From Betaproteobacteria bacterium (lineage in GTDB: Bacteria; Pseudomonadota; Gammaproteobacteria; Burkholderiales; SG8-41): 60,343 nucleotides of DNA. A program made the translations under genes and the position numbers. The notes under the pieces are model-generated. The model was not told the origin of the DNA. It saw only the letters and a list, made by a program, of their open reading frames with translations, and made no database searches. Positions 49,395 through 59,451 of this stretch are shown piece by piece (positions within the stretch are counted from its first letter, which is position 1; each line of letters begins with the position of its first letter). Where the stretch lies: contig CANJQI010000006.1 of NCBI GenBank assembly GCA_947476215.1, positions 1 to 60,343 of the forward strand, read 5' to 3'.

Positions 49395-51359
49395 TCAAGG
49401 TAACTGGCCGCTGCCAGGCTCGTCTAGGGTTTGCTCGGTGGCACGCGAGCGCGGCGCGATGACCCCGATGCGCTCCTTCAGCGAGAGCAACGCCTGGCCA
49501 AACTGCTGGCTGTAGTAACTCGCATTGCTCATGACCTTCTTGACGTAATCACGCGTTTCGTTGAACGGTATGGACTCCGAATAGATCGCGGCTTCCATGG
49601 GCGTATCGGCGCGCCAGCCGCGTGCCCGTCCAGGGCCCGCGTTGTACGCCGCCGAAGCCAGCACCGGATGGTTATCCAGGGTCTCCAGCACGTGTTTCAT
49701 ATACCAGGTACCGAGGTTGATGTTGGTTTCCACATGGTTCGTCTGGGACCACGAAAAATTCTTGAGACCTATCTTGCCGGCAACCCAGCGCGCGGTGGCA
49801 GGCATCAACTGCATCAATCCGCTGGCGCCGGCGCTGGACTTTATATCGGCAATAAAACGGCTCTCCTGCCGGATCAAGCCGTAAACCCAGGCTTCATCGA
49901 GGCGCTGCTGGTTGACGTAGCTCTTCATCACCGTGCGATAGGGCGCCGGATATCGCATGGCAAAATCGTGCACGTCGCGCGTGCGATCCGCACTGCTGAT
50001 CGCGCGGTCGTATAGGTCGCTGCGGCGTGCGAACTCCGCGGCCGCCAATAGCTGCCGATCGTCGAAATTACGTATCGTCCAGCTCCATTCGCGATTGCCT
50101 TCAAACCGAAGATTCAGCCGGTAAAATGCCAATGATCGCTGAAGTCCGGGTGTCTTCGCCATCGCCGACACATCCTCCGCAGCGGGCTTGTAGACCGTTG
50201 GCGGGACGCGGACACGGTCACCGAGTTCTTCCGCAGCCAGTTGTCCATAAAAAGTGAAATCGCCCGCTAACGACACCAGCAATGGCTGCGCCTCGGCGCC
50301 ACGATTCAACGCTTTAAGTGCACGGGCCTTCCAGTAGCGCCAGGCGGGGTCCTGAGCTTCCTTGCCCGACATGGCTTCGATCGCCGCCAGGACGTCAGGC
50401 CAGCTGAGTGCACGCAGCGCCGTGCGCACTTTCCAGGCGAGCTGCTGGTCGCCCAGATCACCAGCGCGGGCATACCATGCCAGCGCATTCGAGTCGTGGC
50501 GCTGCGCGGCCAGATAAGCGATCACTCCCCATACGTAGCCGCGCTCGGACGCGCTAAACCGCTCGCCCAGTTTGGTCCACTGTTGTGCAGCCAGCGACGG
50601 TGCGGTACGCGCCAGTCGGTGCACGGAAAACATGACGGTTTCCCGGCCAGCGCGCGACTTTAGGTTGAAATTCGCGCGATCGAGAAACGCCTGGGGGTTT
50701 ACGGAGATGCCGGCAAGTGTCTGCGCGTCGGGTTGTTCGGGTGTGGGCAGGTATTCCGCAGCACGGCGCGCCACGCCGGTATTTCCGGTTTCCAGCGCCA
50801 AACGTATGCGCGCCCAGACGCTGTCGGTTGCCAGCTGCCGGTTTGCAAACAGCGCGTTAAACACCGTATGGCAACTTTCGGGCAGTTCCCGGCCGGAAAG
50901 CCACAGCGGCCGCGCCCCATCCTGCACTTGCGCAAGACCGGCACGCATACGGCTCTGCAGCGAATAACACAACAGTTCCGTGTCCTCGCCGACCGATTGC
51001 GGGTACTCCGCGTCGAACAGGTCCCACTGCTGCTTAGCTCCCAGCCTTTTTAACCAATCGCTGCGCAGGCTGTTCGAAGTCGGTCCATCCTGAGTTTGTG
51101 CCAGCACCGCGTGAACCTCTTCGGTCGCGGCGTTGTCCAGGCGCAACCTCAGCCGCCAGTAATCGACATAGGGCTCAAGAACATAGCCTTTAAGCGTTTT
51201 GGCATAACGCTCCAGTTTGAGCGCGTCACCGGCACGGAATGCCGCGCGTGCGGCCATGAAATCGTCGTCCTGGCTTGCGCCATACGCCACCGATGCGCGG
51301 CAAAGCACCACTAACACCAGCCAGGCGCCGACCTTGCGCGATCCAAGAGGAATCTTCAT
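49395..51359 (-). CDS. slt: Soluble lytic murein transglycosylase
   Basis: Signal peptide, helical repeats, IRQES, GLMQLMP, AYNAGPG, IPFNETRDYV. Confidence 0.95.
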   Translation of the reverse strand: MKIPLGSRKVGAWLVLVVLCRASVAYGASQDDDFMAARAAFRAGDALKLERYAKTLKGYVLEPYVDYWRLRLRLDNAATEEVHAVLAQTQDGPTSNSLRSDWLKRLGAKQQWDLFDAEYPQSVGEDTELLCYSLQSRMRAGLAQVQDGARPLWLSGRELPESCHTVFNALFANRQLATDSVWARIRLALETGNTGVARRAAEYLPTPEQPDAQTLAGISVNPQAFLDRANFNLKSRAGRETVMFSVHRLARTAPSLAAQQWTKLGERFSASERGYVWGVIAYLAAQRHDSNALAWYARAGDLGDQQLAWKVRTALRALSWPDVLAAIEAMSGKEAQDPAWRYWKARALKALNRGAEAQPLLVSLAGDFTFYGQLAAEELGDRVRVPPTVYKPAAEDVSAMAKTPGLQRSLAFYRLNLRFEGNREWSWTIRNFDDRQLLAAAEFARRSDLYDRAISSADRTRDVHDFAMRYPAPYRTVMKSYVNQQRLDEAWVYGLIRQESRFIADIKSSAGASGLMQLMPATARWVAGKIGLKNFSWSQTNHVETNINLGTWYMKHVLETLDNHPVLASAAYNAGPGRARGWRADTPMEAAIYSESIPFNETRDYVKKVMSNASYYSQQFGQALLSLKERIGVIAPRSRATEQTLDEPGSGQLP

Positions 51360-51496
51360 GGTCTTGATTTTAAAGGGTTTTTGCCACTATCCTCGGTTAT
51401 CCCACCGAAGCTGCCGCGGCGGATTCCCGATACACAGGTTTGCCTGCAGTGTTTCATTATATTAGGCACTCTAAGGAACAACTCGATGCGTAACTG

Positions 51497-53014
51497 CTAC
51501 TTACCTAAAAAGAGCCGATACGCAGGATTGCTCGTCTCATTTGAGTATTGGTAACCGAGCTGGTTCAAAAATGTCCGGAAAGCTGCCTGGTCGCTGGGCG
51601 GCACCTGCATGCCCACCAGCACGCGGCCGTAATCGGCGCCGTGATTTCGATAGTGAAACAGGCTGATATTCCAACCCTGGCGCAGGCTGTCGAGAAACTT
51701 CATCAGAGCACCCGGCCGCTCGGGAAACTCGAAACGATAAAGTATTTCGTGCTTGACCGTGGGCGCATGTCCACCGACCATATGGCGAACGTGCAGTTTG
51801 GCAAGTTCATTGTCGCTGAAATCCAGCGCCTTCAATCCATGCCGTCGTAAAGACCTGACCAGACGACCGCTCTCGGCGTAATTCTGCACCTGCACGCCCA
51901 CGAACACTTGAGCGTCGCTTTCATCGGCGAAACGATAGTTGAATTCGGTCACGTTGCGTGGGCCCAGCAATGCACAAAACTTGCGGAAGCTGCCTGGCTT
52001 CTCCGGTATCGTCACGGCGATGACCGCTTCGCGCTTTTCTCCGAGCTCGGCCTCCTCGGCAATAAACCGCAAGCGATCGAAGTTCATATTGGCGCCGGAC
52101 GCCACTGCCACCAGGGTCTTGCCGCGCACACCCCGGCGCTCGGTCCACGCTTTCGCACCGGCGATGGCAAGAGCTCCTGCCGGTTCGAGTATCGACCTCG
52201 TGTCCTCATACATGTCCTTGATAGCCGCGCACGTGGCATCGGTGTTGACCAGCACGACTTCATCCACCAGTTCGCGACAGATGCGAAACGTTTCCTTGCC
52301 TACCTGCCGCACGGCGACGCCATCGGCGAACAGCCCGACCTGGTCAAGACGCACGCGCTTGCCGGCCTTCAGCGAACGATACATGGCGTCCGCATCAACC
52401 GGCTCCACGCCGATGATCTTGATGCCCGGCCGCAGTCGCTTGACGTAGGAGGCAATGCCGGCAATGAGCCCGCCGCCGCCCACGGGCACGAAGATTGCAT
52501 CTATCGGGCGCTGAGTCTGGCTGAGTATCTCCATCGCGATCGTGCCCTGGCCGGCGATCACGTCGGGATCATCATAAGGATGGACAAAGGTCAATTCGTC
52601 CCTGCGTTCAAGCATCAGCGAGTGCGCGTAGGCCTCGTCAAAGGTGTCGCCATGCAAAATCACGCGCGCTCCGCGCCCCGCAACGGCCGCGACCTTGATC
52701 TGCGGTGTAGTGACCGGCATCACGATGGTGGCGCGGCACTTGAGTTTCTGGCCCGCCAGCGCGACGCCCTGCGCATGATTACCCGCGGATGCGGCGATCA
52801 CGCCGCGTTCGAGCACATCCCGCGGCAATTGCACCATCTTGTTGTAGGCGCCGCGCAGCTTGAACGAAAAGACCGGTTGCATGTCCTCGCGCTTCAACAG
52901 CAGCGTGTTGTTGATCCGCGCCGACAGATTGGAGGCGCGCTGTAGCGGTGTTACCGTCGCCACGTCGTAGACGCGCGCGTTCAGTATGCGTTGCAGGTAG
53001 TCTATTTTTTTCAT
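51497..53014 (-). CDS. ilvA: Threonine dehydratase, biosynthetic
   Basis: KREDMQPVFSFKLRGA, ASAGNHAQG, GGGGL, C-terminal ACT-like pair (FPERPGAL, FHYRNHG). Confidence 0.98.
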   Translation of the reverse strand: MKKIDYLQRILNARVYDVATVTPLQRASNLSARINNTLLLKREDMQPVFSFKLRGAYNKMVQLPRDVLERGVIAASAGNHAQGVALAGQKLKCRATIVMPVTTPQIKVAAVAGRGARVILHGDTFDEAYAHSLMLERRDELTFVHPYDDPDVIAGQGTIAMEILSQTQRPIDAIFVPVGGGGLIAGIASYVKRLRPGIKIIGVEPVDADAMYRSLKAGKRVRLDQVGLFADGVAVRQVGKETFRICRELVDEVVLVNTDATCAAIKDMYEDTRSILEPAGALAIAGAKAWTERRGVRGKTLVAVASGANMNFDRLRFIAEEAELGEKREAVIAVTIPEKPGSFRKFCALLGPRNVTEFNYRFADESDAQVFVGVQVQNYAESGRLVRSLRRHGLKALDFSDNELAKLHVRHMVGGHAPTVKHEILYRFEFPERPGALMKFLDSLRQGWNISLFHYRNHGADYGRVLVGMQVPPSDQAAFRTFLNQLGYQYSNETSNPAYRLFLGK

Positions 53015-53077
53015 GTGCTGATCGGGGCAGTGGGTCTCTTGCGGATAGAAGGTAAAGGATAGCCTGATTCTGATAGT

Positions 53078-53109
53078 TTTTATACCCCCTGGGCCGGGGG
53101 GGTATAAAA
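53078..53109. promoter_or_regulatory. Perfect 12-bp inverted repeat TTTTATACCCCC-N8-GGGGGTATAAAA between divergent ilvA and rpiA
   Basis: Direct reading; function not assignable. Confidence 0.45.
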
Positions 53110-53210
53110 GTGCGGCGTTTTCACTTCGCCATCATTTGCTTGACGCACATTTTTCTTGCTTCGCATTCGTGCCATTTACTATTCGGCCATGAGCGTTTAT
53201 CATGCATTTC

Positions 53211-53870
53211 ATGAATCAGGATGAACTCAAGCGGGCTACCGCAAAAGCGGCTATCGCCCACGTTCCCGTCGGTTCCATCATAGGCGTGGGCACCGGGTCG
53301 ACCGCAAATTTCTTCATCGATGAACTGGCGACGATCAAGCACAAGATAGAAGGTGCGGTCGCCAGCTCCGAAGCCTCGGCACAACGGCTCAAGAAGCATG
53401 GCATCGAAGTGCTCGCCCTGAACGATGTAAAAGACCTGCCTGTTTACGTGGACGGCGCCGACGAGATCACGCGCCATCTGGCGATGATCAAGGGTGGCGG
53501 CGGCGCACTGACGCGCGAAAAGATCGTCGCGGCGGTAGCCAGGAAGTTCATCTGTATCGCCGATCAGTCCAAGCTCGTCGACGTGCTTGGACGTTTCCCG
53601 CTGCCGGTGGAAGTTATACCGATGGCGCGTTCCTACGTCGCGCGCGAGCTGGTCAGGCTCGGCGGGCAACCGGCGTTGCGTCAGGGTTTCACGACCGATA
53701 ACGGAAATGTAATACTTGACGTCCACAATCTCAACATAATGAATCCACCCGAGCTGGAAAGCGCACTGAACCAGATCACCGGTGTCGTCACCAATGGCCT
53801 GTTCGCACGGCGTGGTGCTGATATTTTGTTGCTGGGGACCGAGAGCGGGGTACAGACGCTTACGGTCTGA
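53211..53870 (+). CDS. rpiA: Ribose-5-phosphate isomerase A
   Basis: [36 protein letters not shown]. Confidence 0.98.
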   Translation: MNQDELKRATAKAAIAHVPVGSIIGVGTGSTANFFIDELATIKHKIEGAVASSEASAQRLKKHGIEVLALNDVKDLPVYVDGADEITRHLAMIKGGGGALTREKIVAAVARKFICIADQSKLVDVLGRFPLPVEVIPMARSYVARELVRLGGQPALRQGFTTDNGNVILDVHNLNIMNPPELESALNQITGVVTNGLFARRGADILLLGTESGVQTLTV

Positions 53871-53886
53871 ACCATCCCGCGATATC

Positions 53887-55407
53887 ATGCCCGTCTACTC
53901 CACGCTTGCCGCCGTTGATCTCGGATCAAATTCGTTCCACCTCCAGATTGCCCGTGTCGTCAGCGGTCAAATCTATCCCCTGGATTCCCTGCGTGAACCC
54001 GTTCGCATCGGCGCAGGTCTGACGCACGACAAGCGGCTTGATGAAAGCTCGCAGCAGCGCGCACTCGATTGCCTGAAGCGGTTCGGCGAACGTCTGCGCG
54101 GTTTCGATCCGCACACGGTGCGCGCTGTGGGCACCAACACCTTGCGCGTTGCCAAGGATGCCGCCAGCTTTCTGAAACAGGCTCAGGCAGCGCTCGGATT
54201 TCCGATTGAACTGGTCGCCGGTCGCGAAGAGGCGCGCCTGATCTACGTTGGTGTGTCACACAGCCTGCCGGCTTCCACTGACAAGCGCCTGGTGGTCGAT
54301 ATCGGCGGCGGATCCACGGAATTGATCATAGGCAAAGGCTTTAAACCGCTCAAACTGGAAAGCACCTACATGGGCTGCGTCAGCTACAGCCTCAAGTACT
54401 TTCCAGGTGGGAAAATCACCAAAAACGGGATGAAACAGGCCGAGCTTGCGGCACGCAATGAGCTGCAGCCCCTGGTGTCGGGTTACACCAAAGGCAACTG
54501 GCAGCAGGCGGTTGGTTCCTCGGGCAGCGCACGGGCGCTCGCGGAAATCCTGCGCATGAACGGCTACTCAGACTCAGGCATTACGCCGGATGGCCTCGAT
54601 CAGTTGCGCGCCGCGATGCTCAAGGCGGGGGACGTCGAGGGATTAAACCTCAAAGGACTGAAGCCCGACCGCCTGCCGGTATTGCCGGGTGGGATCGCGA
54701 TCATGATCGCGATCATTTCGGAACTCGGCATTGACAACATGGTGGTGGCCGACGGCGCCATGCGTCAGGGCATACTATACGACCTGCTCGGGCGCTTTCA
54801 GCATCACGACATGCGCGACGTCACCGTGTCCCAATTTATGCAGCGCTACCACGTTGACTCCAGGCAGGCACGCCGGGTCGCGAATCTGGCCCTGGGTCTA
54901 TACCGTCGCTTCGCCGCTGGCGACGATACGGTCGACGAGACCGCGCCGCACTACATCGCGTGGGCCGCCAAGTTGCACGAAATCGGCATATCCGTCGCCT
55001 ACAGCGGATATCACAAGCATTCAGCGTACATCGCGCGCAATGCCGATATGCCGGGATTCTCGAAAATGGAGCAATGGCGGCTTGCGACTTTATTGCTCGC
55101 GCACCGTCGCTCGTTAAAGCGGATTTTTTCGGACGACATTGAAATCATCGACTGGCGCATGGTAATGGCGCTGCGTCTGGCAACGCTGATTTACCGCAAC
55201 CGCACCGATATCGTCTTGCCTGAATTCGCGGTCAACATGCAGGCGCGCACCCTCAAATTGGACCTGGATCGTGACTGGCTAGCCACCAATCCACTGACAG
55301 TGACAGCACTGCAGGAGGAGATCGAGGAATGGAGTACTGCGGGATTCAAACTCGACATCAAGTCATTGCGCGAGCTTGAGGCCGGCGTTGAAGCACAAGC
55401 GGCATGA
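53887..55407 (+). CDS. ppx: Exopolyphosphatase (Ppx/GppA)
   Basis: AAVDLGSNSFH, GREEARLIY, DIGGGSTE, LHEIG HD-like domain; ATG 53887. Confidence 0.95.
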   Translation: MPVYSTLAAVDLGSNSFHLQIARVVSGQIYPLDSLREPVRIGAGLTHDKRLDESSQQRALDCLKRFGERLRGFDPHTVRAVGTNTLRVAKDAASFLKQAQAALGFPIELVAGREEARLIYVGVSHSLPASTDKRLVVDIGGGSTELIIGKGFKPLKLESTYMGCVSYSLKYFPGGKITKNGMKQAELAARNELQPLVSGYTKGNWQQAVGSSGSARALAEILRMNGYSDSGITPDGLDQLRAAMLKAGDVEGLNLKGLKPDRLPVLPGGIAIMIAIISELGIDNMVVADGAMRQGILYDLLGRFQHHDMRDVTVSQFMQRYHVDSRQARRVANLALGLYRRFAAGDDTVDETAPHYIAWAAKLHEIGISVAYSGYHKHSAYIARNADMPGFSKMEQWRLATLLLAHRRSLKRIFSDDIEIIDWRMVMALRLATLIYRNRTDIVLPEFAVNMQARTLKLDLDRDWLATNPLTVTALQEEIEEWSTAGFKLDIKSLRELEAGVEAQAA

Positions 55408-55483
55408 TGCCGGGATTGCAGGAGTTCAGCGGGCCGGAATGCTGGTACACAGCGCATTGGGGAACGGAATCCAGAGGCAATCT

Positions 55484-56437
55484 ATGTGGTTCTTGATCCG
55501 GGCAATCATGGCTGGCGCGGCGTTACTTTGCCTGAATCCAGCGCGCGGTGAGGATTTTCCGGCCAGGCCGGTACGATTCGTGACATCCGATCCCGGCGGC
55601 AGCGGCGACATGGTCGCGCGAATGATCGCACCCGGCCTCACCCGCAGCCTCGGCCAGCAGGTTATCGTCGACAACCGCGGCGCAAATGTCGTCATCCCGG
55701 TGGTAATCAAAGCGTCCCCGGATGGCCATACGTTGCTCTTATATGGCAGCACTTTCTGGATAGGCACCCTGCTGGATAAAGCCCCCTACGATCCGCTCAG
55801 GGACGTTGCGCCGATTGCCTGCGTCACCAGTGCATATAACGTCCTGGTCGTGCACCCGGCTGTGCCCGCGCATTCGGTCAGGGAATTGATCGACTTGGCC
55901 AGAGCCAAGCCAGGCGTCCTGAATTACGGCTCCGGCGCTACGGGCGCCTCGACGCATCTGGGCGCGGAGTTGTTCAAAGCCATGGCCGGCGTCAATCTCG
56001 TGCGCATACCGTTCAAAGGCGCGGGACCGGCGATTATCGGACTGCTGGCTGGCGAAGTGCAGGTGATGTTCCCCTCATCAAGCTCGATCGCATCGCACAT
56101 GAAGTCCGGCAAAGTCAGGGCATTGGCCGTGGCCAGCCCCAAACCGACAGCACTGGTACCGGGGTTGCCCACGGTGGCGGCTTCGGGTGTGCCGGGCTTT
56201 GAATCGGCCACCGTTAACTCGGTATTTGCGCCGGCAAAAACACCAACTCGGATTATCAACCGCCTGAATACCGAAATCGTGCGCGCCTTCAACCAGCAGG
56301 ACGTGAAAGACACGTTATTTGGCTTGGGGATAGAGCCGGTCGGCAGTTCCCCGCAGGAACTGATGGCGCTGATGAAATCCGATATCGCACGCCTGGGCAA
56401 AGTCATCAAGGATGCCGGAATCGGCGCACAGCCGTAA
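55484..56437 (+). CDS. Bug/TctC tripartite tricarboxylate transporter substrate-binding protein
   Basis: FPARPVRFV, PDGHTLL, YDPLRD, IPFKG, GKVIKDAGI; ATG 55484. Confidence 0.9.
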   Translation: MWFLIRAIMAGAALLCLNPARGEDFPARPVRFVTSDPGGSGDMVARMIAPGLTRSLGQQVIVDNRGANVVIPVVIKASPDGHTLLLYGSTFWIGTLLDKAPYDPLRDVAPIACVTSAYNVLVVHPAVPAHSVRELIDLARAKPGVLNYGSGATGASTHLGAELFKAMAGVNLVRIPFKGAGPAIIGLLAGEVQVMFPSSSSIASHMKSGKVRALAVASPKPTALVPGLPTVAASGVPGFESATVNSVFAPAKTPTRIINRLNTEIVRAFNQQDVKDTLFGLGIEPVGSSPQELMALMKSDIARLGKVIKDAGIGAQP

Positions 56438-56457
56438 TGCCGGCGAGTGTTTTGCCG

Positions 56458-56919
56458 TTATAGAAGATCGGGCGCGATCGCTGCCCGCAGCATCACCCGC
56501 GCGTCACTGACGTCATCACGCCGTGCAAGCCAGATCACGGCGCCCTTCTTAAGCGCCCATGGGGCTTTCCTGCCGGTCAGCAACAGCGCTGCTGTTTCAC
56601 CCAGCGTCGGCTGATGACCGACAATCACGACGCTACCCTTGGTCGCGGGCCACTTGATCACCGATAACAACGATTCAGGCGACCCTGACGTTCCGAGTTC
56701 CGGCATCACCCTAAAGTCCCTACCCAACGCGTGAGCGGTTTGCAGGGTGCGTTGGGCGGGACTGGCCAGAAACACCGCGTCTTCAGACAGCCTTTCCTGC
56801 AACCACTTTGCCATGCGCTGAGCCTGCTTGAGGCCCTTGCGGGTAAGAACGCGCTCCTGGTCGGGGGTGCCGTCCTCAGCTTCGGCATGCCGCCACAAGA
56901 TCAAGTTCATCGTTGCCAT
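56458..56919 (-). CDS. sixA: Phosphohistidine phosphatase SixA
   Basis: LWRHAEA, ASPAQRTLQTA, VGHQP. Confidence 0.9.
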   Translation of the reverse strand: MATMNLILWRHAEAEDGTPDQERVLTRKGLKQAQRMAKWLQERLSEDAVFLASPAQRTLQTAHALGRDFRVMPELGTSGSPESLLSVIKWPATKGSVVIVGHQPTLGETAALLLTGRKAPWALKKGAVIWLARRDDVSDARVMLRAAIAPDLL

Positions 56920-56934
56920 TTTTACTGCTCCGCT

Positions 56935-59007
56935 TTACTCGGCCAGCAAGCGGAGCAATCGCGTCTGAACGTGCCCGTCGAGCCCACGCTTGCCCTTGCG
57001 AAACTTGCAGGGGCCGCCGGACTCCATTTCCCATGCGTCAATATCACGCGCAAGAAAGGGCAGAAGTCCTTCCCGAATGACACGCTTCCTGAGCCGCGTA
57101 TCCAACACCGGAAAGCATACCTCGATGCGCCGGAAGAAGTTGCGATCCATCCAGTCGGCGCTCGACAGATATACATCTTCCGCGCCGCCATTGAAGAAAT
57201 AAAACACGCGAGAATGTTCCAGGAACCGCCCGAGCACGGAAATGACCCGGATATTTTCCGATATACCCTTGATACCGGGGCGCAACGCACAAACGCCGCG
57301 TACGATAAGGTCTATTTTGACGCCCGCCTGTGACGCCTTGTACAACGCTGCAATGATTTGCGGTTCGAGCAGTGCGTTCATTTTGGCGATGATGCGCGCC
57401 CTGCCTCCGCCCGCCGCGATTTTCTCCTCGTTCTGTATCGCCTTGATGCTCCGGCTGTGTAGCGTGAACGGCGCCTGCCACAGATGCTTGAGCTTGATGG
57501 ACTTGCCCAATCCGGTCAGCTGCATGAATACCTCGCTGACATCGGAGCTGATCTCATCGTGGCACGTAAACAGTCCGAAGTCCGTATACAGCTTCGCGGT
57601 CCGCGAATGATAATTTCCCGTCGACAAATGCACGTAGCGTCGCAGGCGTTTTTCCTCGCGCCGCACAACCAACGCCATCTTGGCGTGCGTTTTGTGCCCG
57701 ACTACGCCGTAGATCACGTGCGCCCCGACGTCTTCAAGACGCTGCGCCCAGTTGATATTGGCCTCTTCATCAAATCGTGCCGTCAGCTCAAGCACCACGG
57801 TTACCGACTTGCCATTGCGGGCAGCTGCGATCAACAGTTCCATCATTTCGGATTGCGCACCCGTACGATAGACAGTTTGCTTGATCGCAACCACTTGCGG
57901 ATCGATGGCTGCCTGCTCAATGAACTTCAGCACCGGCAGAAAAGACTGGTACGGATGGTGAAGCAGGATATCGCCTTTACGTATACAGTCGAAAATGTCC
58001 GGGTAGCGGGTCAATGCGCGCGGCATGGCCGGCACAAATGACGGAAATTTCAAGTCCGCGCGATCCACGGCTTCCGCTACATGTGCCAGCCGCATCAGAT
58101 TGACGGGGCCGCTTACCTGGTAGAAATCCTGCTGAGTCAATCCAAACTGCTGCAGCAGCGCGCTCGACATACGCGGTGGGCAGGTGTCCGTGACTTCAAG
58201 ACGCACGCTGTCGCCATATTGGCGCTGTGAAAGTTCTCCCTGCAACAACTTGCGCAGACTTTTCAGTTCCAGCAACTCCTCTTGGTCGATATAGAGATCA
58301 CTATTGCGCGTAAGCTGAAATTGATAGCACCCGACAACCGACATGCCCGGAAACAGCTCGCTGACATGGGCGTACATGATGGATGACAGAAATATAAACC
58401 CATGCGGGCAGCCTGATATTCGTTTCGGCACGGCAATGATGCGCGGCAGTACGCGCGGGGCCTGCACGATGGCCATGCTCGATTTTCGACCGAAAGCGTC
58501 CTTGCCTTCGATCTCGACCACGAAATTGAGACTCTTGTTCAGAAGCTTCGGAAACGGATGCGCCGAATCGAGTCCCATGGGCGTCAGAACCGGCATCAAT
58601 TCATTGAAGAAATATTCCCTTACCCATTTCTTATGCACGCTGTTCCATTTGCTGTGCCTCAGGATGCGTATGCCATGCGTCGCAAGTTGCGGCAGGACTT
58701 CTTCATTGAGCACCTGGTACTGGCGCGCGACCAGCGCCTGCGCCTGAATTGACACCTCGCGCAATACCTGAACCAGTGGCATGCCATCCGGACCTGCCGG
58801 TGCCGCAGCGGCGATTTCCTGCTTCAGTCCGGCAATGCGGATTTCGAACAATTCGTCGATATTGCTGTCGACGATGCACAGGAAGCGCAGTCGTTCGAGT
58901 GCGGGGCTGGCGCGGTTTTCCGCAAGCGCCAGCACGCGACGGTTGAATTCAATCAGACCGAGTTCCCGATTGAGATAGAGTTCGGGTAATACGTATCTCT
59001 TGCTCAT
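56935..59007 (-). CDS. ppk1: Polyphosphate kinase 1
   Basis: NRELGLIEFNRRV, LLHHPY, ELTARFDEEAN, KTHAK, RFLEHSR, SADWMDRN. Confidence 0.97.
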   Translation of the reverse strand: MSKRYVLPELYLNRELGLIEFNRRVLALAENRASPALERLRFLCIVDSNIDELFEIRIAGLKQEIAAAAPAGPDGMPLVQVLREVSIQAQALVARQYQVLNEEVLPQLATHGIRILRHSKWNSVHKKWVREYFFNELMPVLTPMGLDSAHPFPKLLNKSLNFVVEIEGKDAFGRKSSMAIVQAPRVLPRIIAVPKRISGCPHGFIFLSSIMYAHVSELFPGMSVVGCYQFQLTRNSDLYIDQEELLELKSLRKLLQGELSQRQYGDSVRLEVTDTCPPRMSSALLQQFGLTQQDFYQVSGPVNLMRLAHVAEAVDRADLKFPSFVPAMPRALTRYPDIFDCIRKGDILLHHPYQSFLPVLKFIEQAAIDPQVVAIKQTVYRTGAQSEMMELLIAAARNGKSVTVVLELTARFDEEANINWAQRLEDVGAHVIYGVVGHKTHAKMALVVRREEKRLRRYVHLSTGNYHSRTAKLYTDFGLFTCHDEISSDVSEVFMQLTGLGKSIKLKHLWQAPFTLHSRSIKAIQNEEKIAAGGGRARIIAKMNALLEPQIIAALYKASQAGVKIDLIVRGVCALRPGIKGISENIRVISVLGRFLEHSRVFYFFNGGAEDVYLSSADWMDRNFFRRIEVCFPVLDTRLRKRVIREGLLPFLARDIDAWEMESGGPCKFRKGKRGLDGHVQTRLLRLLAE

Positions 59008-59103
59008 CGCAGGCTCGAATTCGTGGCAGCGCCTGCCTGCAAGCAGAATGGTCGATCAGGTGCACAGCCCCCGGCCCGACAGCAATTCAGGGGTATGCGG
59101 GTG

Positions 59104-59379
59104 CTACTTTCCAGGTGGCGGAACATAGCCCTGTGCCGCATCCGCCCCGTCACCGAAAAAATGTTTTTCCATCTGCTGCGCAAGATAATCGCGCGCTTTC
59201 TTGTCCGCGAGATTGAAGCGGTTTTCGTTAACCAGCATCTTCTGATGCTCGAGCCACTGTTTCCAGGCTTCTTTCGAGACATTGTCAAAAATCCGTTTGC
59301 CCAGCGCGCCCGGATACGTTGGAAAATCCAGCCCTTCCGCTTCGCGTCCCAATTTGACGCACGTCACCATTCTTGCCAT
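59104..59379 (-). CDS. yggX: Fe(II)-trafficking / oxidative damage protection protein YggX
   Basis: [38 protein letters not shown]. Confidence 0.95.
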   Translation of the reverse strand: MARMVTCVKLGREAEGLDFPTYPGALGKRIFDNVSKEAWKQWLEHQKMLVNENRFNLADKKARDYLAQQMEKHFFGDGADAAQGYVPPPGK

Positions 59380-59451
59380 CGTCGTTACTCCAGATTAACC
59401 GTCGCCCGTTAAAAAATTGTTACATGCATGCAAAGACCACACCTGCGGCGA

